DNA of 64,000 bases from Cyanophyceae cyanobacterium (GCA_050331735.1 JBHJGN010000019.1:90603-154602); one strand, 5' to 3'. Shown: positions 9,760 through 20,643, numbered from the stretch's first letter. Program-made: numbers and translations. The notes: generated from the letters alone by a model not told the origin.

Positions 9760-10353
9760 CTAATCGTTAATAAACTTGAGCAGCGCTTGCTCAAGTTCTT
9801 CTGGGGAACCGATACTAGTAGCAGGCGTAGTATCAACAATGTCAAACTGTGCTCCTAGCCCTTGCAGTTCGTCATCGAGGAACTGAAGAAAAGACGTAGC
9901 GTTCGGATCGTCGCCAATCTGGAAAAAGCCGATCGCTAGATCCTCATCCTTTTTAATCTTGCGGCTAGCTTCAATAATCACTTCTGCCACCGCTTTTTTG
10001 TTGTCAGGCTGACCATCGGTAATGACAATCACTGTTCGAGGAACTTCTGGCATAAAATTAGCCAGAGCTGTCTTAATCGCTCCATCCATATTCGTCGTTC
10101 CCCACGCCTTGATGTTAGTCACCACTTCACTAACGTTGGCGGGGGTAACGTTGCCGTGATCTGTAACCTTAGAGCCAAACGTAATCAGGTTAATGCCATC
10201 GGGATCGAGCTGACTAACGGCATCAGCGATCGCAATCGTAATTTCCTTGACGCGATCGAGTCGAGACACGCCCACGTTGTCCTCGTTCGTCATGGAGGTG
10301 CTGACATCAAGTAGCAAATAGTAATCGCGGGTAAGAGAGTCAGTGTTTACCAT
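9760..10353 (-). CDS. Stand-alone VWA domain protein
   Basis: MIDAS DVSTS, GTTNM, VITDGQP, FLQFLDDEL. Confidence 0.88.
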   Translation of the reverse strand: MVNTDSLTRDYYLLLDVSTSMTNEDNVGVSRLDRVKEITIAIADAVSQLDPDGINLITFGSKVTDHGNVTPANVSEVVTNIKAWGTTNMDGAIKTALANFMPEVPRTVIVITDGQPDNKKAVAEVIIEASRKIKKDEDLAIGFFQIGDDPNATSFLQFLDDELQGLGAQFDIVDTTPATSIGSPEELEQALLKFIND

Positions 10354-10588
10354 AGTTGTCCTTGTATGAAACGCTGCAATCAAGTAGGTCAAGCCCCCTT
10401 GATCGACCTGCCACTCAGTCTAGCCTTGGCTCAAACAGAACCGCAATGACCACAATCTGTCAAATCAGTAGACCAAGACTGGCGCTGGATAGGTGACGAT
10501 TGAGGTCGTTGATGGTTAATTGTTGATAGTTGGTAGGAACAATCAGCCATTAACCACTCACAATCAACGTAATTAATAATCAACAAGC

Positions 10589-11605
10589 ATGAAATACAAA
10601 CTACTCGGCAACAGCGGCCTGAGAGTATCAGAACTTTGCTTAGGAACCCGCACCTTTGGTAATCGCAGTTCTTTGGGCGCAGAAGATGCAGAAAGCCGCC
10701 AGATTTTTGAGGCGTTCATGGAAGCTGGCGGCAACTTTATCGATACCGCCAATGCCTATGGCGAAGGGAACAGCGAAAAGCTGGTCGGAGAATTTGTGCG
10801 GGCAGAACGTGATCGCTTCGTCATCGCTACCAAGTATTCGTTTGCTCTGCGACAAGGCGATCCTAACGCCGGAGGAAATCACCGCAAGAGTTTGCGATCT
10901 GCTGTCGAGGGCAGCCTTGAGCGCATCAATACCGACTATATTGATCTACTGTGGCTCCATGCCTGGGACTCACTGACTCCCATTGAAGAAGTGATGCGCT
11001 CTTTAGATGACATGGTGCGTTCAGGAAAAGTACTGTACCTCGGCATTTCCGATTCCCCTGCTTGGATAGCAGCCCAAGCTAATACCCTTGCCCGCTGTTA
11101 CGGCTGGACCCCGTTTGTCGCGCTTCAGGGAGAGTATAGCTTGGTCGAGCGATCGCTGGAGCGAGAGCTGCTGCCAATGGCGCGAGCTTTCGATTTGGCC
11201 GTTTTAACCTGGAGTCCTTTGGGGAGTGGTGTTCTCACAGGAAAATATAACAGCGACAGCCCAGATTCCGGACGCTACTCGGAAAGTTCTGAGATTCCTC
11301 CTCGTCAGCTAGAAATTGCCTCAGTGGTGGTAAAAATTGCTGAAGAACTAGGGAAAGCTCCCTCCCAGGTGGCGCTGGCGTGGCTTCGGGCTCAGCCGGG
11401 CGTAATTATTCCCCTCATCGGGGCGCGTAAAGCCTACCAGGTGCAAGAAAACTTAGGCTGTGTCGATGTGGCTCTCAGCCATGACCATCTCCAGCGACTC
11501 GAACAGGTGAGCCAGATTGAACTGGGCTTTCCCCACGATTTTCTTGCTTTAAACGGCATTAAAAAGCTACTGACGGGCGATACTTTTGATAACTTGATTG
11601 TTTAG
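10589..11605 (+). CDS. Aldo/keto reductase
   Basis: LGNSGLRVSELCLGT, FIDTANAY, IATKY, DYIDLLWLH, WSPLG. Confidence 0.95.
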   Translation: MKYKLLGNSGLRVSELCLGTRTFGNRSSLGAEDAESRQIFEAFMEAGGNFIDTANAYGEGNSEKLVGEFVRAERDRFVIATKYSFALRQGDPNAGGNHRKSLRSAVEGSLERINTDYIDLLWLHAWDSLTPIEEVMRSLDDMVRSGKVLYLGISDSPAWIAAQANTLARCYGWTPFVALQGEYSLVERSLERELLPMARAFDLAVLTWSPLGSGVLTGKYNSDSPDSGRYSESSEIPPRQLEIASVVVKIAEELGKAPSQVALAWLRAQPGVIIPLIGARKAYQVQENLGCVDVALSHDHLQRLEQVSQIELGFPHDFLALNGIKKLLTGDTFDNLIV

Positions 11606-11883
11606 GGAGGCTAGATTGTACTTCGTCAATCAGGTCTGCTGAGTCGCTCAATCGGTAAGCTGAATCCCTGACGTGCCGTGCTGAAAACTCCTCACCAAAC
11701 ATAGATTCTCTCTCAAAAAACTCGTTTGGCCGAGTTTGTCTGGTTAGCGGCGGTTTTAAACCGCTGCTATTCTGAGCTTATTATTCTCTTAACTTCCCAG
11801 TATTAATCTAAGCCTTGAATGGGCCTTCTATTCGGACAAAAAATAGAAAGCTGATTTGATGACCCTTGAGCAAAGAGAATCCT

Positions 11884-14421
11884 ATGAGCGCTACAGATAC
11901 AGCGTGGCAAACGGCACCTTTAGAAGTAGAAGATGATCGCACCGGAGTCAGCATCATCACCCTGAGAAGAGCGTTGGCAGATAACCTTTTCTACCTTCAG
12001 GGAAAATTTCCAGCGATCGCCACTCTCAATGATTACTACTTAGCCCTCGCCTACACGGTGCGTGATCGCCTCCTCCACCGCTGGATTAACACCTCGCGGA
12101 CCTACCTCAACAAGAACGTAAGAGTGGTGTGCTACTTATCCGCCGAATATTTGGTGGGACCGCATTTAGTCAGAAACCTGATCAATTTAGATATCTACGA
12201 TCGAGTGCGCCAAGCGGTTGAAGCCGCCGGACTCGATTTCCCGACTCTGGCTGAAATTGAAGAAGAACCGGGTTTGGGGAACGGCGGATTGGGTCGCCTC
12301 GCCGCCTGCTACCTAGAATCTTTATCCACTCTAGAAATTCCGGCGATTGGGTACGGCATCCGGTATGAATTTGGCATTTTCGATCAAGAAATTCGCGACG
12401 GCTGGCAGGTTGAAATTACTGATAAATGGCTTCAATTCGGCAATCCCTGGGAAATTCCTCGCCCAGAGTATAGCGTTGGGGTCAAATTTGGCGGTTATAC
12501 CGAACCGTATACCGACGCACAGGGCAACTACCGGGTGCGCTGGATTCCCCATACCCTTGCTAAGGGAATTCCTTACGATACACCGATTCCGGGATACAAG
12601 GTCAATACCGCGAATACTCTTCGTCTTTGGAAAGCTGAAGCCCCTGAATCTTTTGATCTTCAGGCATTTAACGTCGGAGATTACTACGGGGCGGTAAACG
12701 AGAAGGTGGTATCGGAAAACCTCACCAAAGTGCTGTATCCTAACGACGAACTGCTCCAGGGAAAAGAACTGCGTTTAGGACAACAGTACTTCTTTGTTTC
12801 CTGTGCTCTCCAAGATGCCATTCGCATTCACACCCTGGACGGAGATGGCTTGAACAATTTTCACGAAAAATTTACCTTTCAGCTCAACGATACCCATCCC
12901 TCGGTGAGCGTGTCTGAACTGATGCGGCTGTTAGTAGACGAGCATCACCTAGACTGGGAGCAGGCGTGGCACATCACTCAGAATACCTTTGCCTTCACCA
13001 ACCATACTCTCTTGCCCGAGGCTTTAGAAAAGTGGTCCCTGAAACTGTTTGGGAATCTCCTCCCGAGGCACTTAGAAATCATTTATGAAATCAACCATCG
13101 CTTTCTCAATCGGGTCCGCACGAAATATCACGGAGACCCGGAGAAGGTGTCGCGGCTGTCGCTGATCGATGAAGATGGAGAAAGATACCTGCGGATGGCC
13201 CATCTTGCCTGTGTGGGCAGCTATGCTATCAACGGAGTTTCTCAACTGCACACAGACCTCCTCAAACAAGATGTGCTCAAGGATTTCTACGAACTGACCC
13301 CGAAGAAATTCAGCAATAAAACCAACGGCGTGACACCGCGCCGCTGGATGGTGATGAGCAATCCCAAACTCGCCAACCTGATTACCCAGAAGATCGGCGA
13401 TCGCTGGATTAAACATCTGCAAGACCTGAAACATCTAGAAGATTTCGTTGATGATGGCGCGTTTCGCCAGGAATGGCAGCAAGTGAAACGGTCCGTCAAG
13501 GACGACCTCAGTGACTATGTTCGGCAGCGTGTTGGTCTTCAGGTCAACCCAGACTCGCTGTTCGATATTCAGGTGAAGCGCATCCACGAGTATAAGCGCC
13601 AGCACCTCAACGTTCTCTATATTGTTACTCTCTACAATCGCCTCAAGCGCAACCAGAACCTGGAAATTGCTCCTCGCACCTTTCTGTTTGGGGGCAAGGC
13701 GGCTCCCGGCTACTATAGGGCCAAACTGATTATCAAGCTGATTAACTCCGTGGCGGATGTTGTCAATAGCGACCCGGACGTTAGCGATCGCCTCAAAGTC
13801 GTCTTTCTTCCAGACTACAACGTTAAGCTAGGTCAGCGAGTGTATCCGGCTGCCGATCTTTCTGAGCAAGTTTCGATGGCTGGCAAAGAAGCCTCGGGTA
13901 CTGGCAACATGAAATTTGCCCTCAATGGGGCGTTGACTATCGGCACTTTAGATGGAGCCAACGTCGAGATCCGAGAAGCCGTCGGGGCAGAAAACTTTTT
14001 CCTGTTTGGCTTAACGGCTCAAGAAGTCACTCAGCGCAAAGCGCAAGGCTATACTCCCCGAGATTACTATCACGCCAATGCTGAACTGCGAGAAACGCTC
14101 GACCTGATTCGGTCTGGGTTTTTCTCCGGCGGCGATGCAGACTTATTCAAACCGCTGGTGGATTCCCTCCTCGACCGCGACGAATATATGCTGCTGGCCG
14201 ACTATCAATCTTACCTAGACAGTCAAGAACGGGTTAATCAAGCTTATCGCGACCACGAAAACTGGACGCGGATGTCCATTTTGACAGTAGCGCGGATGGG
14301 CGGTTTTTCCGCTGACCGCGCTATTCGAGAATACTGCCAAGATATTTGGAAGGTTGATTCTGTGCCGATTGAGCTGGAGGAGTATGTCCAGAAGGATGCT
14401 GGCTTAAAGGTAGACCAATAG
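11884..14421 (+). CDS. glgP: Glycogen/starch phosphorylase
   Basis: GLGNGGLGRLAAC, QLNDTHP, KRIHEYKRQ, EASGTGNMK (PLP lysine). Confidence 0.97.
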   Translation: MSATDTAWQTAPLEVEDDRTGVSIITLRRALADNLFYLQGKFPAIATLNDYYLALAYTVRDRLLHRWINTSRTYLNKNVRVVCYLSAEYLVGPHLVRNLINLDIYDRVRQAVEAAGLDFPTLAEIEEEPGLGNGGLGRLAACYLESLSTLEIPAIGYGIRYEFGIFDQEIRDGWQVEITDKWLQFGNPWEIPRPEYSVGVKFGGYTEPYTDAQGNYRVRWIPHTLAKGIPYDTPIPGYKVNTANTLRLWKAEAPESFDLQAFNVGDYYGAVNEKVVSENLTKVLYPNDELLQGKELRLGQQYFFVSCALQDAIRIHTLDGDGLNNFHEKFTFQLNDTHPSVSVSELMRLLVDEHHLDWEQAWHITQNTFAFTNHTLLPEALEKWSLKLFGNLLPRHLEIIYEINHRFLNRVRTKYHGDPEKVSRLSLIDEDGERYLRMAHLACVGSYAINGVSQLHTDLLKQDVLKDFYELTPKKFSNKTNGVTPRRWMVMSNPKLANLITQKIGDRWIKHLQDLKHLEDFVDDGAFRQEWQQVKRSVKDDLSDYVRQRVGLQVNPDSLFDIQVKRIHEYKRQHLNVLYIVTLYNRLKRNQNLEIAPRTFLFGGKAAPGYYRAKLIIKLINSVADVVNSDPDVSDRLKVVFLPDYNVKLGQRVYPAADLSEQVSMAGKEASGTGNMKFALNGALTIGTLDGANVEIREAVGAENFFLFGLTAQEVTQRKAQGYTPRDYYHANAELRETLDLIRSGFFSGGDADLFKPLVDSLLDRDEYMLLADYQSYLDSQERVNQAYRDHENWTRMSILTVARMGGFSADRAIREYCQDIWKVDSVPIELEEYVQKDAGLKVDQ

Positions 14422-14512
14422 TCCGGAGGACGACAGATTTACCAATAGTCGATATCTCTCTATTCTCCTTGCTAGGCTAGAAGAAACGCATTGATAGATT
14501 TTGAGGAGAACC

Positions 14513-14740
14513 ATGCCACATACCATCGTTACCGAAACCTGCGAAGGAGTCGCAGATTGTGTTGATGCTTGCCCAGTTGCCTGTATTCATCCTGGCCCGG
14601 GTAAAAATATAAAGGGAATGGACTGGTACTGGATTGATTTTGCCACCTGCATAGATTGCGGCATTTGTCTACAGGTTTGCCCGGTTGAAGGCGCAATTGT
14701 TGCTGAAGAACGTCCTGAACTGCAAAAAACACCACAATAG
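14513..14740 (+). CDS. Small dicluster ferredoxin ([3Fe-4S]/[4Fe-4S] type)
   Basis: CEGVADCVDACP and CIDCGICLQVCP; GAGGAG RBS. Confidence 0.92.
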   Translation: MPHTIVTETCEGVADCVDACPVACIHPGPGKNIKGMDWYWIDFATCIDCGICLQVCPVEGAIVAEERPELQKTPQ

Positions 14741-14745
14741 TCTAA

Positions 14746-15030
14746 GCGCCTGCGGCGCGGGAGAAGGGAAAATAGTTCCTCCGGAACGGGGAAAGGGAAA
14801 AGGGGAAGGGGGAAAGGAAATCATTGATCAGTTTCGTCCTTTATTGATCTTCTTGTCCTCGTTACCAAAAAAAGACGGGCATTTTGCCCGCTTCGATTGC
14901 TGATTCTAGCCAAAGAAGTCCCCCCTTTCCCCTTTTCCCGTCTCGAAGAGACAAATTCCCCTTTCCCCTTTTCCCGTCTCGAAGAGACAAATTCCCCTTT
15001 CCCCGTCCCGGAGGGACAAGTCATTCCCCC
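14746..15030. repeat. G-rich/C-rich intergenic repeat cluster with 13-bp micro-hairpins, including a 36-bp tandem unit
   Basis: gcgcc-tgc-ggcgc, gttcc-tcc-ggaac, 2x gtctc-gaa-gagac (14940, 14976), gtccc-gga-gggac (15005) in ggggaaa/tttcccc runs. Confidence 0.85.
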
Positions 15031-15102
15031 GTCGCTGAGCGACTTTTATCGGTAGAATTGCTATGATTTTGATCTTATTAGTTAATCCCTTATTTGCTGC
15101 CA

Positions 15103-15840
15103 ATGACCAATTTGCTAGAAGTTAACGATGTTTATGCAGGGTATATTCAGGATTTAAATATTCTGCAAGGGATTAATTTTAGAATCTCTTCTGGAGAGCT
15201 AGTCACGGTCATTGGTCCGAATGGGGCTGGTAAATCGACCCTTGCTAAGGCTATTTTTGGTTTACTCAAGCCAAACCAGGGCAAGATTACGTTTAAAGGG
15301 AAAGATATTACCGGATTAAAGTCCGACCAGATTGTGCGTCGGGGCATGTGCTACGTTCCCCAAATTTCTAACGTCTTTCCCACCTTATCGGTAGAAGAAA
15401 ACCTAGAAATGGGGGCTTTCATCAGTAGCGATCCTCTCAAGCCCCTCAAAGGCTCAATTTTCGAGATGTTTCCTGCTCTAGCCGACCGCCGTCGCCAACG
15501 GGCCGGCACTCTTTCTGGAGGAGAACGACAAATGTTAGCGATGGGGCGAGCGTTAATGCTCGATCCAGACCTGCTGATTTTGGACGAACCCTCGGCAGCT
15601 TTATCGCCTATGCTCGTTAACACAGTCTTTGAGCGGATTCAAACCATTAATCAAACCGGCAAAGCCATTATCCTCGTTGAGCAAAATGCTAAAAAGGCGC
15701 TGATGATGGCGCATCGAGGCTACGTATTAGAAAATGGACGCGATCGCTTTGAAGGCCCTGGTCAAGAGTTGTTAAACGACCCCAAGGTAGGAGAGCTATA
15801 TCTGGGGGCTGCCTTTGAATCCGCGACTCAGGAAGACTAA
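15103..15840 (+). CDS. natE: Branched-chain/neutral amino acid ABC transporter ATP-binding subunit (LivF/NatE type)
   Basis: GPNGAGKS, LSGGERQMLAMGRALM, LILDEPS, VEQNA. Confidence 0.85.
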   Translation: MTNLLEVNDVYAGYIQDLNILQGINFRISSGELVTVIGPNGAGKSTLAKAIFGLLKPNQGKITFKGKDITGLKSDQIVRRGMCYVPQISNVFPTLSVEENLEMGAFISSDPLKPLKGSIFEMFPALADRRRQRAGTLSGGERQMLAMGRALMLDPDLLILDEPSAALSPMLVNTVFERIQTINQTGKAIILVEQNAKKALMMAHRGYVLENGRDRFEGPGQELLNDPKVGELYLGAAFESATQED

Positions 15841-16181
15841 CCGAGAGGCAAAGGGTAAGTCGCTCCGCGACGGGGAAAGGGAAAGGGGAAAAGGAGAAAG
15901 GGGATTTAATTGCTTCGTGTTTACGCTCAGGCTATGCACATTACTCAAACAAACAGAGGCTAATATTAAAACCACATCCCTAGCTAGCTTGTGAATTTTA
16001 AATAGGTATTAATATTAAATCTGTCTAAATAGCCATAATTAGGACATCAGGTTCAACTAAAAGTTAGTAATTAGTCGCGATTCAGTCAAGACATCCCACT
16101 AACCACTAACTCAACGTTCCCTCTCAAATAACAACTCATCAAGCGGTAATATAATTCCTCAACTCTTTATCTGTCAGGACA

Positions 16182-16544
16182 ATGAAAATTACTCAATGTC
16201 TTCATACAGCGCTTCTTGTTTCTGATTTAGACAAAGCCGAGCAGTTTTATAGCCAGACTTTGGGGCTCCCTAAAGTAGATCGCTCCCTCAATTATCCCGG
16301 CGCTTGGTATCAGATTGGGGAGCATCAGCTTCATCTGATGGTTCATCCCAATTTCAAAACAGAGCCACACAATCAAGAAAAGAGGGGGCGTAATCCTCAC
16401 GTGGCCTTTGCCGTCGATAATTTAGATGAAGCCAAACAGCGTCTCCTCTCTGGAGGATACGGTCTTCAGATGAGTTCCTCCGGTCGCGCGGCTTTGTTTA
16501 CTCAAGACCCGGACGGCAATATTATCGAAATTAGCCAGATATAA
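16182..16544 (+). CDS. VOC/glyoxalase family protein
   Basis: HTALLVSDL..A..FY, HVAFAV, DPDGNIIE. Confidence 0.9.
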   Translation: MKITQCLHTALLVSDLDKAEQFYSQTLGLPKVDRSLNYPGAWYQIGEHQLHLMVHPNFKTEPHNQEKRGRNPHVAFAVDNLDEAKQRLLSGGYGLQMSSSGRAALFTQDPDGNIIEISQI

Positions 16545-16727
16545 GTGGCTGGGTAGAATTGATTCTAGATGGAATAGTGGCCAAGAGCTATTAGCTTTCC
16601 CCGCTTGTCTCCGTTTTCAAACGACTCCTTAAAACCTCGGAATTCGCACTCTAGGAAAAGGTTAAACAGCAGGGAACTATCCTCAAAATTTCTCCTTTTC
16701 CCCACGCCTACAGCATTCCCCGTTTCT

Positions 16728-18035
16728 ATGATTTATGCTTATTTGTACAGCGAGCCACTGTTAGACTCTCTGCCTGATTTGGCAGATTGGATGTCAGCAG
16801 CGAACAAGGTGTATCATGATTTGGGTGAGCGAGAACAGTGGGGGCAGCTTTTAGCAGATTGTCAAATCGATCCTCCAGCTCGCTTGCTGCTCCGCAGTCT
16901 AGACGAACTCGGAGATACTCCAGCAGAGGTCAGCGATCGCCTCGCCCAGATTGAAGCGCTTGGCATCGACGTGCTGGCTACTGAGCAACCCTACCGTTCT
17001 GCTCAACTCAATGCCGCTAGCCCCACCGAGATGAGAGCGCAGTTGGCTAGCTTGCTTCAGGAAGTCCAGCAGCATCAACAGCGTCGTCTGCTGCGCCAAG
17101 GTCACGCCCGCAACCGCCTCAACTTTCTGCCGCCGCCGGGGAAAGCGCCCTACGGCTATCGTCGCGGCAAAGACCGCTACGTTATTGACCGCAGTACCGC
17201 TCCGGTGGTCAAAGATTTTTTTGAGCATTTTCTGCTCTACGGCTCTTTACGAGGAGCGGTTCGCTATCTAGAGAAACGCTACGGCAAGAAAATTGCGGTT
17301 TCGACAGGTCGCCGCTGGTTAACCAACCCAGTTTATCGAGGGAATTTGGTGTACCGCAACGGAGACGTGATTGCCGATACCCACGCTCCCATTCTCCCTA
17401 AAGACGAAGCAGCGCAAGTGGATCGCCTGCTGCGACGCAACAGCCGTCTCCCGACGCGAACCGCCAGCGCTCCTCGTTCGCTGGCCGGATTGGTGGTTTG
17501 CCAGAAGTGTCAGACGAGGATGAAGATTACTCGCGTCACAGCTAGAGGTAAACCGAAAGAGTATCTGTATCTGCGCCCGATTCACTGCCCGCGACAGCGC
17601 CGGTGTCAGGCGATTCCCTACTCAGAAGTGCTGCAACAGACTATTAAGAAGATTTGCCAAGAGCTACCGCGCTCCGTTGCCCGGTTAGATATCGGCAAAG
17701 TAGGGAAAGCCAAGGAGCAAATCCTGGCTCAGATCGAGCAAAAACGAGCCGCAAGCGAGCAGCTATCAGAATTAATTGCGCAGGGGATTCTCGACCCTGA
17801 AACCGCCACCCTCCGCCGCTATAAGCTCCGGACAGAAATGGCTCAGCTTCAGTCCCAGAGTGCCCAACTGCCTCCGGAGAATTTAAGAGCGATCGCGCAA
17901 ACTGTTTCTTTTCCTCAATTCTGGCTCGACCTCTCCGAGGCGGAACGACGATTCTACTTTCGGGAGTTCATTCGGCAAATCGCTATCGTCCGTACTGATA
18001 CAGACTGGCATTTAGCACTGGTGTTCATTTTCTGA
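16728..18035 (+). CDS. Large serine recombinase family protein (resolvase-like N-terminus, recombinase domain, Zn ribbon)
   Basis: GKAPYGYRRG, LTNPVYRG, THAPIL, LAGLVVCQKC, C-terminal coiled coil. Confidence 0.85.
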   Translation: MIYAYLYSEPLLDSLPDLADWMSAANKVYHDLGEREQWGQLLADCQIDPPARLLLRSLDELGDTPAEVSDRLAQIEALGIDVLATEQPYRSAQLNAASPTEMRAQLASLLQEVQQHQQRRLLRQGHARNRLNFLPPPGKAPYGYRRGKDRYVIDRSTAPVVKDFFEHFLLYGSLRGAVRYLEKRYGKKIAVSTGRRWLTNPVYRGNLVYRNGDVIADTHAPILPKDEAAQVDRLLRRNSRLPTRTASAPRSLAGLVVCQKCQTRMKITRVTARGKPKEYLYLRPIHCPRQRRCQAIPYSEVLQQTIKKICQELPRSVARLDIGKVGKAKEQILAQIEQKRAASEQLSELIAQGILDPETATLRRYKLRTEMAQLQSQSAQLPPENLRAIAQTVSFPQFWLDLSEAERRFYFREFIRQIAIVRTDTDWHLALVFIF

Positions 18036-19613
18036 TCAAACAACGTCAGAACTCGCGGCAGAAACGGGAGCGATCGCTGATTCCAGCAGCGACTCACTTC
18101 CCGTCCACGACTCTGCCTGCAAGCTCGACCGCCCACTATTTTCTATAAAGCTCAGCCGTCCTCGCTCATCCCCGTCGAGGGTAAAATCCCCCCCCACAAT
18201 GGCATCTTCGTCGCCATCTCCATCTACATCAGCAAAGCTGGGAGCCGCATAGAAGCCCACATCAACGGACCGAAACGGATTGCCGCTAATCACTTCGGTA
18301 AATGTACCGCCGTTGTTGCGATAGTAGCGAGTGCGTCCAAACACTTCCCCAATCAGCGCATCTTCATCGCCGTCTCCGTCTACATCGCCAAAAGCAGGGA
18401 CGCTGAAGTAACCAACATCCACGCCGTTGAGGGGATTGAAAGTGCCGCGTCTAGGCACAAACCGCCCGTTTTCGTTACGGTAGTAGGCGACCGTCCCGTC
18501 CGCCAGCCCTAAGAACGCATCGATGTCGCCGTCTCCATCAACGTTGGCAAAGGTAATATTGCTGTAGCTGCCGGTATCGACGCTGCTAAAAGGGTTGTTG
18601 CCTCCGGATTTTTCTACAAACCCATCCTCGTCATTGTTGCGATAGAAACCGATGGTGCCGTCGAACTCACCGACGAACAAATCAGCATCTCCATCGCCCT
18701 CAAAATCTACCAGATGGGGAGTACTCACGAAGCCAACATCAATTTCTTCAAAGGGGTTGCGATCATCGGTAATGCTCACAAAACTGTTATTCTCGTTGCG
18801 GTAATAAAACAGTTCGCCATTGATTTCGCCGACAACCGCATCCAAATCCCCATCATCATCGAGGTCAGCAAAGGCCGGAACGGGACTAGAACTAATTTGC
18901 AATCCAGCTAAGGGAATGCTGGCTTCAAGACTAGATGACCGCGCCCGGGTCGTGTTCAGAATTTGGGCATTCAGCGGCGAGGGGAACTGCCTCGTTCCAG
19001 GAGGCAGGGCAGCATTCATTAAGTCATTGGGAACTGAGGCCGCGTCAATATGACTTAAGTCATTGGTGAGGGGGGCGGTAAAGTCATTCCCAACAAATAC
19101 CGGATCGCTGTCAGCGTTGCGAACGTATTGATCGAACTCAGCATAGCCGCCGATAAATCCTGCCAGATGTCCAATTTCGTGTAGAACAGTCGTGAGCAGA
19201 TCGTATCTGCCATAGGCTTCTGAATTGACAGTGGCTAGAGCAGATTGAGAAGTAAGACGGCCAAATTCGGAGCGCTCTTCAGGAGTCGGATCAACAAACC
19301 AGCCAGTGCCGTTAGCGTTATCATCAACAATGATAGTACCGCCGTTAAGTTCGCCTTCCCCGTCAATCGTCACCAGCGCTTCAGCGAGCGTTCCCACAGG
19401 AAGATCTTCAATCTCGTAGTCAATATCTAGGGAAATTTGCGGATTGAGAAGCTCGTTCCAGATATCTAAGGCCGCATCTCCGATGCGCTCAATGGCTGAC
19501 TCGGTTAAATTATGGCTGTTATTGCTCATCAGTGACTGATAGATAGCTGTCGCTTCTGCGGACAACGCAGACAAAAAACGATGCTGTCTGCTTCTAGGAC
19601 GGCTATCCTTCAT
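18036..19613 (-). CDS. FG-GAP/VCBS repeat protein with N-terminal HExxH zinc-metalloprotease-like domain
   Basis: DLLTTVLHEIGHLAG; repeated P.F.D.DGDGD.D..G blades. Confidence 0.8.
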   Translation of the reverse strand: MKDSRPRSRQHRFLSALSAEATAIYQSLMSNNSHNLTESAIERIGDAALDIWNELLNPQISLDIDYEIEDLPVGTLAEALVTIDGEGELNGGTIIVDDNANGTGWFVDPTPEERSEFGRLTSQSALATVNSEAYGRYDLLTTVLHEIGHLAGFIGGYAEFDQYVRNADSDPVFVGNDFTAPLTNDLSHIDAASVPNDLMNAALPPGTRQFPSPLNAQILNTTRARSSSLEASIPLAGLQISSSPVPAFADLDDDGDLDAVVGEINGELFYYRNENNSFVSITDDRNPFEEIDVGFVSTPHLVDFEGDGDADLFVGEFDGTIGFYRNNDEDGFVEKSGGNNPFSSVDTGSYSNITFANVDGDGDIDAFLGLADGTVAYYRNENGRFVPRRGTFNPLNGVDVGYFSVPAFGDVDGDGDEDALIGEVFGRTRYYRNNGGTFTEVISGNPFRSVDVGFYAAPSFADVDGDGDEDAIVGGDFTLDGDERGRLSFIENSGRSSLQAESWTGSESLLESAIAPVSAASSDVV

Positions 19614-19661
19614 AAAGTGTTTAGAGTGATACTACGTTTTGACCGTAGTGATGTATCAATA

Positions 19662-20147
19662 CTAACCGTTTTCCTTAAAACCGAAGTCGAGAATCAGAGT
19701 TGGGGCCAAACAGCGCTCAGCAAAAGGAGATTGGGACGACATAGAGAATAACCGTTCCAGAAAAAAATCTCTCGTTGCTGGCTTTAGCCATCCCTTCATC
19801 ACGGCTAAAACCCCAAAGCGAATTGGCTGGTCCTGTTGTTCTTGCACAATGGTGTTGACTTGATCCTCAGTGAGTAAAGCTGCCTGCTGCCAGTAGAAGC
19901 CAATGGGATACCGGGTAGAAGTATTCAAGAATAAAGCCCATTGCTCAACAAAAAAGTCCGCCGTTTTCTGTTTTAGCCAACCCCGCAGGGACAAGATTTC
20001 TCCGAGGTTGAGGTCGCGGTACTGAAGCTGGTCTCGCAGCGCGACATCGATTTGTGCTGCCGACACTAAACCAGCCTGCTGCAACACCTCACCGAGGGGC
20101 TCGACTGTAGCGGACATTTTAGTGTGAATCATCGGTGGATACGGCAT
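19662..20147 (-). CDS. Hypothetical protein with two MshEN-like repeats
   Basis: PLGEVLQQAGLVSAAQIDVAL..Q..LGEILSLRGWL, repeated as IGFYWQQAALL..RFGVLAVMKGWL. Confidence 0.65.
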   Translation of the reverse strand: MPYPPMIHTKMSATVEPLGEVLQQAGLVSAAQIDVALRDQLQYRDLNLGEILSLRGWLKQKTADFFVEQWALFLNTSTRYPIGFYWQQAALLTEDQVNTIVQEQQDQPIRFGVLAVMKGWLKPATRDFFLERLFSMSSQSPFAERCLAPTLILDFGFKENG

Positions 20148-20460
20148 GAATTTTAGTGGGGAAGGAAACCGAAGGACTGCTAGACTTAAAGTATGAAGAA
20201 AAAACTAGAAAGCTTAAGCCAACACTAGCGAGCACTACTGCTAGCTGGTGAAAATGTCTATCCATAGTTAAGAGCTACCGTTTTGACCTCCAGTGTAGTG
20301 AGAAATGGGGGAGTTTAGGTGAAGCGTTGATAAAGATATCGATAATTTCTGTAAATTCTGGGAAAAACTTTAAAAGCGATGGAAAGGAAAAGGGGAGTTG
20401 AGAGTTTTGAGCCTATTCAAAGAAGTCGCTGAAGTCAGCTTTCGGCTGTTCCTATCAACT

Positions 20461-20643
20461 CTATCTGCCAGCTCTCAAGACTTGTTTAGCGGTTAGCTTC
20501 AACCTTGAGAAGGTCGGAGAAATGATAGGCTGATTGCCTCGAAACTGCTGAATTTTATACTCTCCGTTCATCAGAATACAGATAGAAAGGGTGGGGGATA
20601 TTGGCTTCCCAATGTAGCGAGTAACATCGAGCCCTGCGTAGTC
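20461..20643 (-). pseudogene. Uma2 family endonuclease C-terminal remnant
   Basis: Own translation: DYAGLDVTRYIGKPISPTLSICILMNGEYKIQQFRGNQPIISPTFSRLKLTAKQVLRAGR-stop; no start. Confidence 0.7.

Noticed and set aside
14921..15030. 36-bp repeats with an internal hairpin resembling a CRISPR array
   Set aside because: Units are directly adjacent with no unique spacers, there are only 2-3 copies, and no cas genes are present.
16728..20147. Integrated element or prophage driven by the recombinase
   Set aside because: No flanking direct repeats, tRNA, phage or conjugation genes noticed.
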